NCBI RefSeq assembly: GCF_030684315.1
Contig: NC_081368.1
Location: 26,097,899 to 26,161,898, forward strand
Source of the DNA: Stegostoma tigrinum
Taxonomy: Eukaryota
DNA: 64,000 nt
Direction: 5' to 3'
In this document: piece by piece, positions 63,509 to 64,000 of the stretch
Layout: each line of letters opens with the position of its first letter
How positions within the stretch are numbered: the first letter of the stretch is position 1
The notes under the pieces: model-generated
What the model was told of the DNA's origin: nothing
Seen by the model: only the letters and a program-made list of their open reading frames with translations
Database searches by the model: none
Translations under genes and position numbers: made by a program

Positions 63509-64000
63509 AGATAATAAAATGTGAGGCTGGATGAACACAGCAGGCCAAGCAGCATCTCAGGAGCACAAAAGCTGACGTTTCGGGCCTAGACCCTTCATCA
63601 GAGAGGGGGATGGGGAGAGGGAGCTGGAATAAATAGGGAGAGAGGGGGAGGCGGACCGAAGATGGAGAGTAAAGAAGATAGGTGGAGAGAGTATAGGTGG
63701 GGAGGTAGGGAGGGGATAGGTCAGTCCAGGGAAGACGGACAGGTCAAGGAGGTGGGATGAGGTTAGTAGGTAGCTGGGGGTGCGGCTTGGTGGGGGAGGA
63801 AGAACCGGTTAGGGAGGCAGAGACAGGTTGGACTGGTTTTGGGATGCAGTGGGTGGGGGGGAAGAGCTGGGCTGGTTGTGCGGTGCAGTGGGGGGAGGGG
63901 ACGAACTAGGCTGGTTTAGGGATGCAGTAGGGGAAGGGGAGATTTTGAAACTGGTGAAGTCCACATTGATACCATTGGGCTGCAGGGTTCCCAGGCGGAA
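63509..64000 (-). mobile_element. PLE pLTR and GIY-YIG C-terminus, running off the window end
   Basis: Near-identical to 49085-49600. Confidence 0.9.
63574..63601 (-). ncRNA. Minimal hammerhead ribozyme motif (core intact)
   Basis: Minus strand CTGATGAAGGGTCTAGGCCCGAAACGTC. Confidence 0.68.

Noticed and set aside
1-64000. CRISPR arrays, operons or other prokaryotic or viral systems
   Set aside because: Eukaryotic exon-intron and TE landscape, with no regularly spaced repeat-spacer array and no long unexplained ORFs.

Overview
Vertebrate nuclear DNA, almost certainly from a cartilaginous fish (shark), inferred from HE1/V-SINE-type SINEs, CR1 LINEs and abundant Penelope-like elements (PLEs). 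It holds two convergent genes. The first is the last eight coding exons of zmym3 (+ strand, 1018-26764; GT-AG junctions and reading-frame phases checked by hand), followed by a roughly 4.5 kb repeat-free putative 3' UTR. The second is an intact single-coding-exon alpha connexin (- strand, 55894-56970) that best fits the gja2/cx39.9 group (GJA3-like), which mammals lack. The rest is TE-rich intron and intergenic sequence. The most notable pattern is a set of PLE copies from several subfamilies that carry minimal hammerhead-ribozyme motifs (CUGANGA...GAAACGUH) with covarying stem II. They insert with a stereotyped inverted-arm plus ~35-nt tail architecture and 8-14 bp target-site duplications (TSDs), and range from ~200 bp non-coding hairpin mini-elements to a ~1.9 kb palindrome. 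Repeat boundaries are approximate, and family names and orthologies come from recognition, not database searches.
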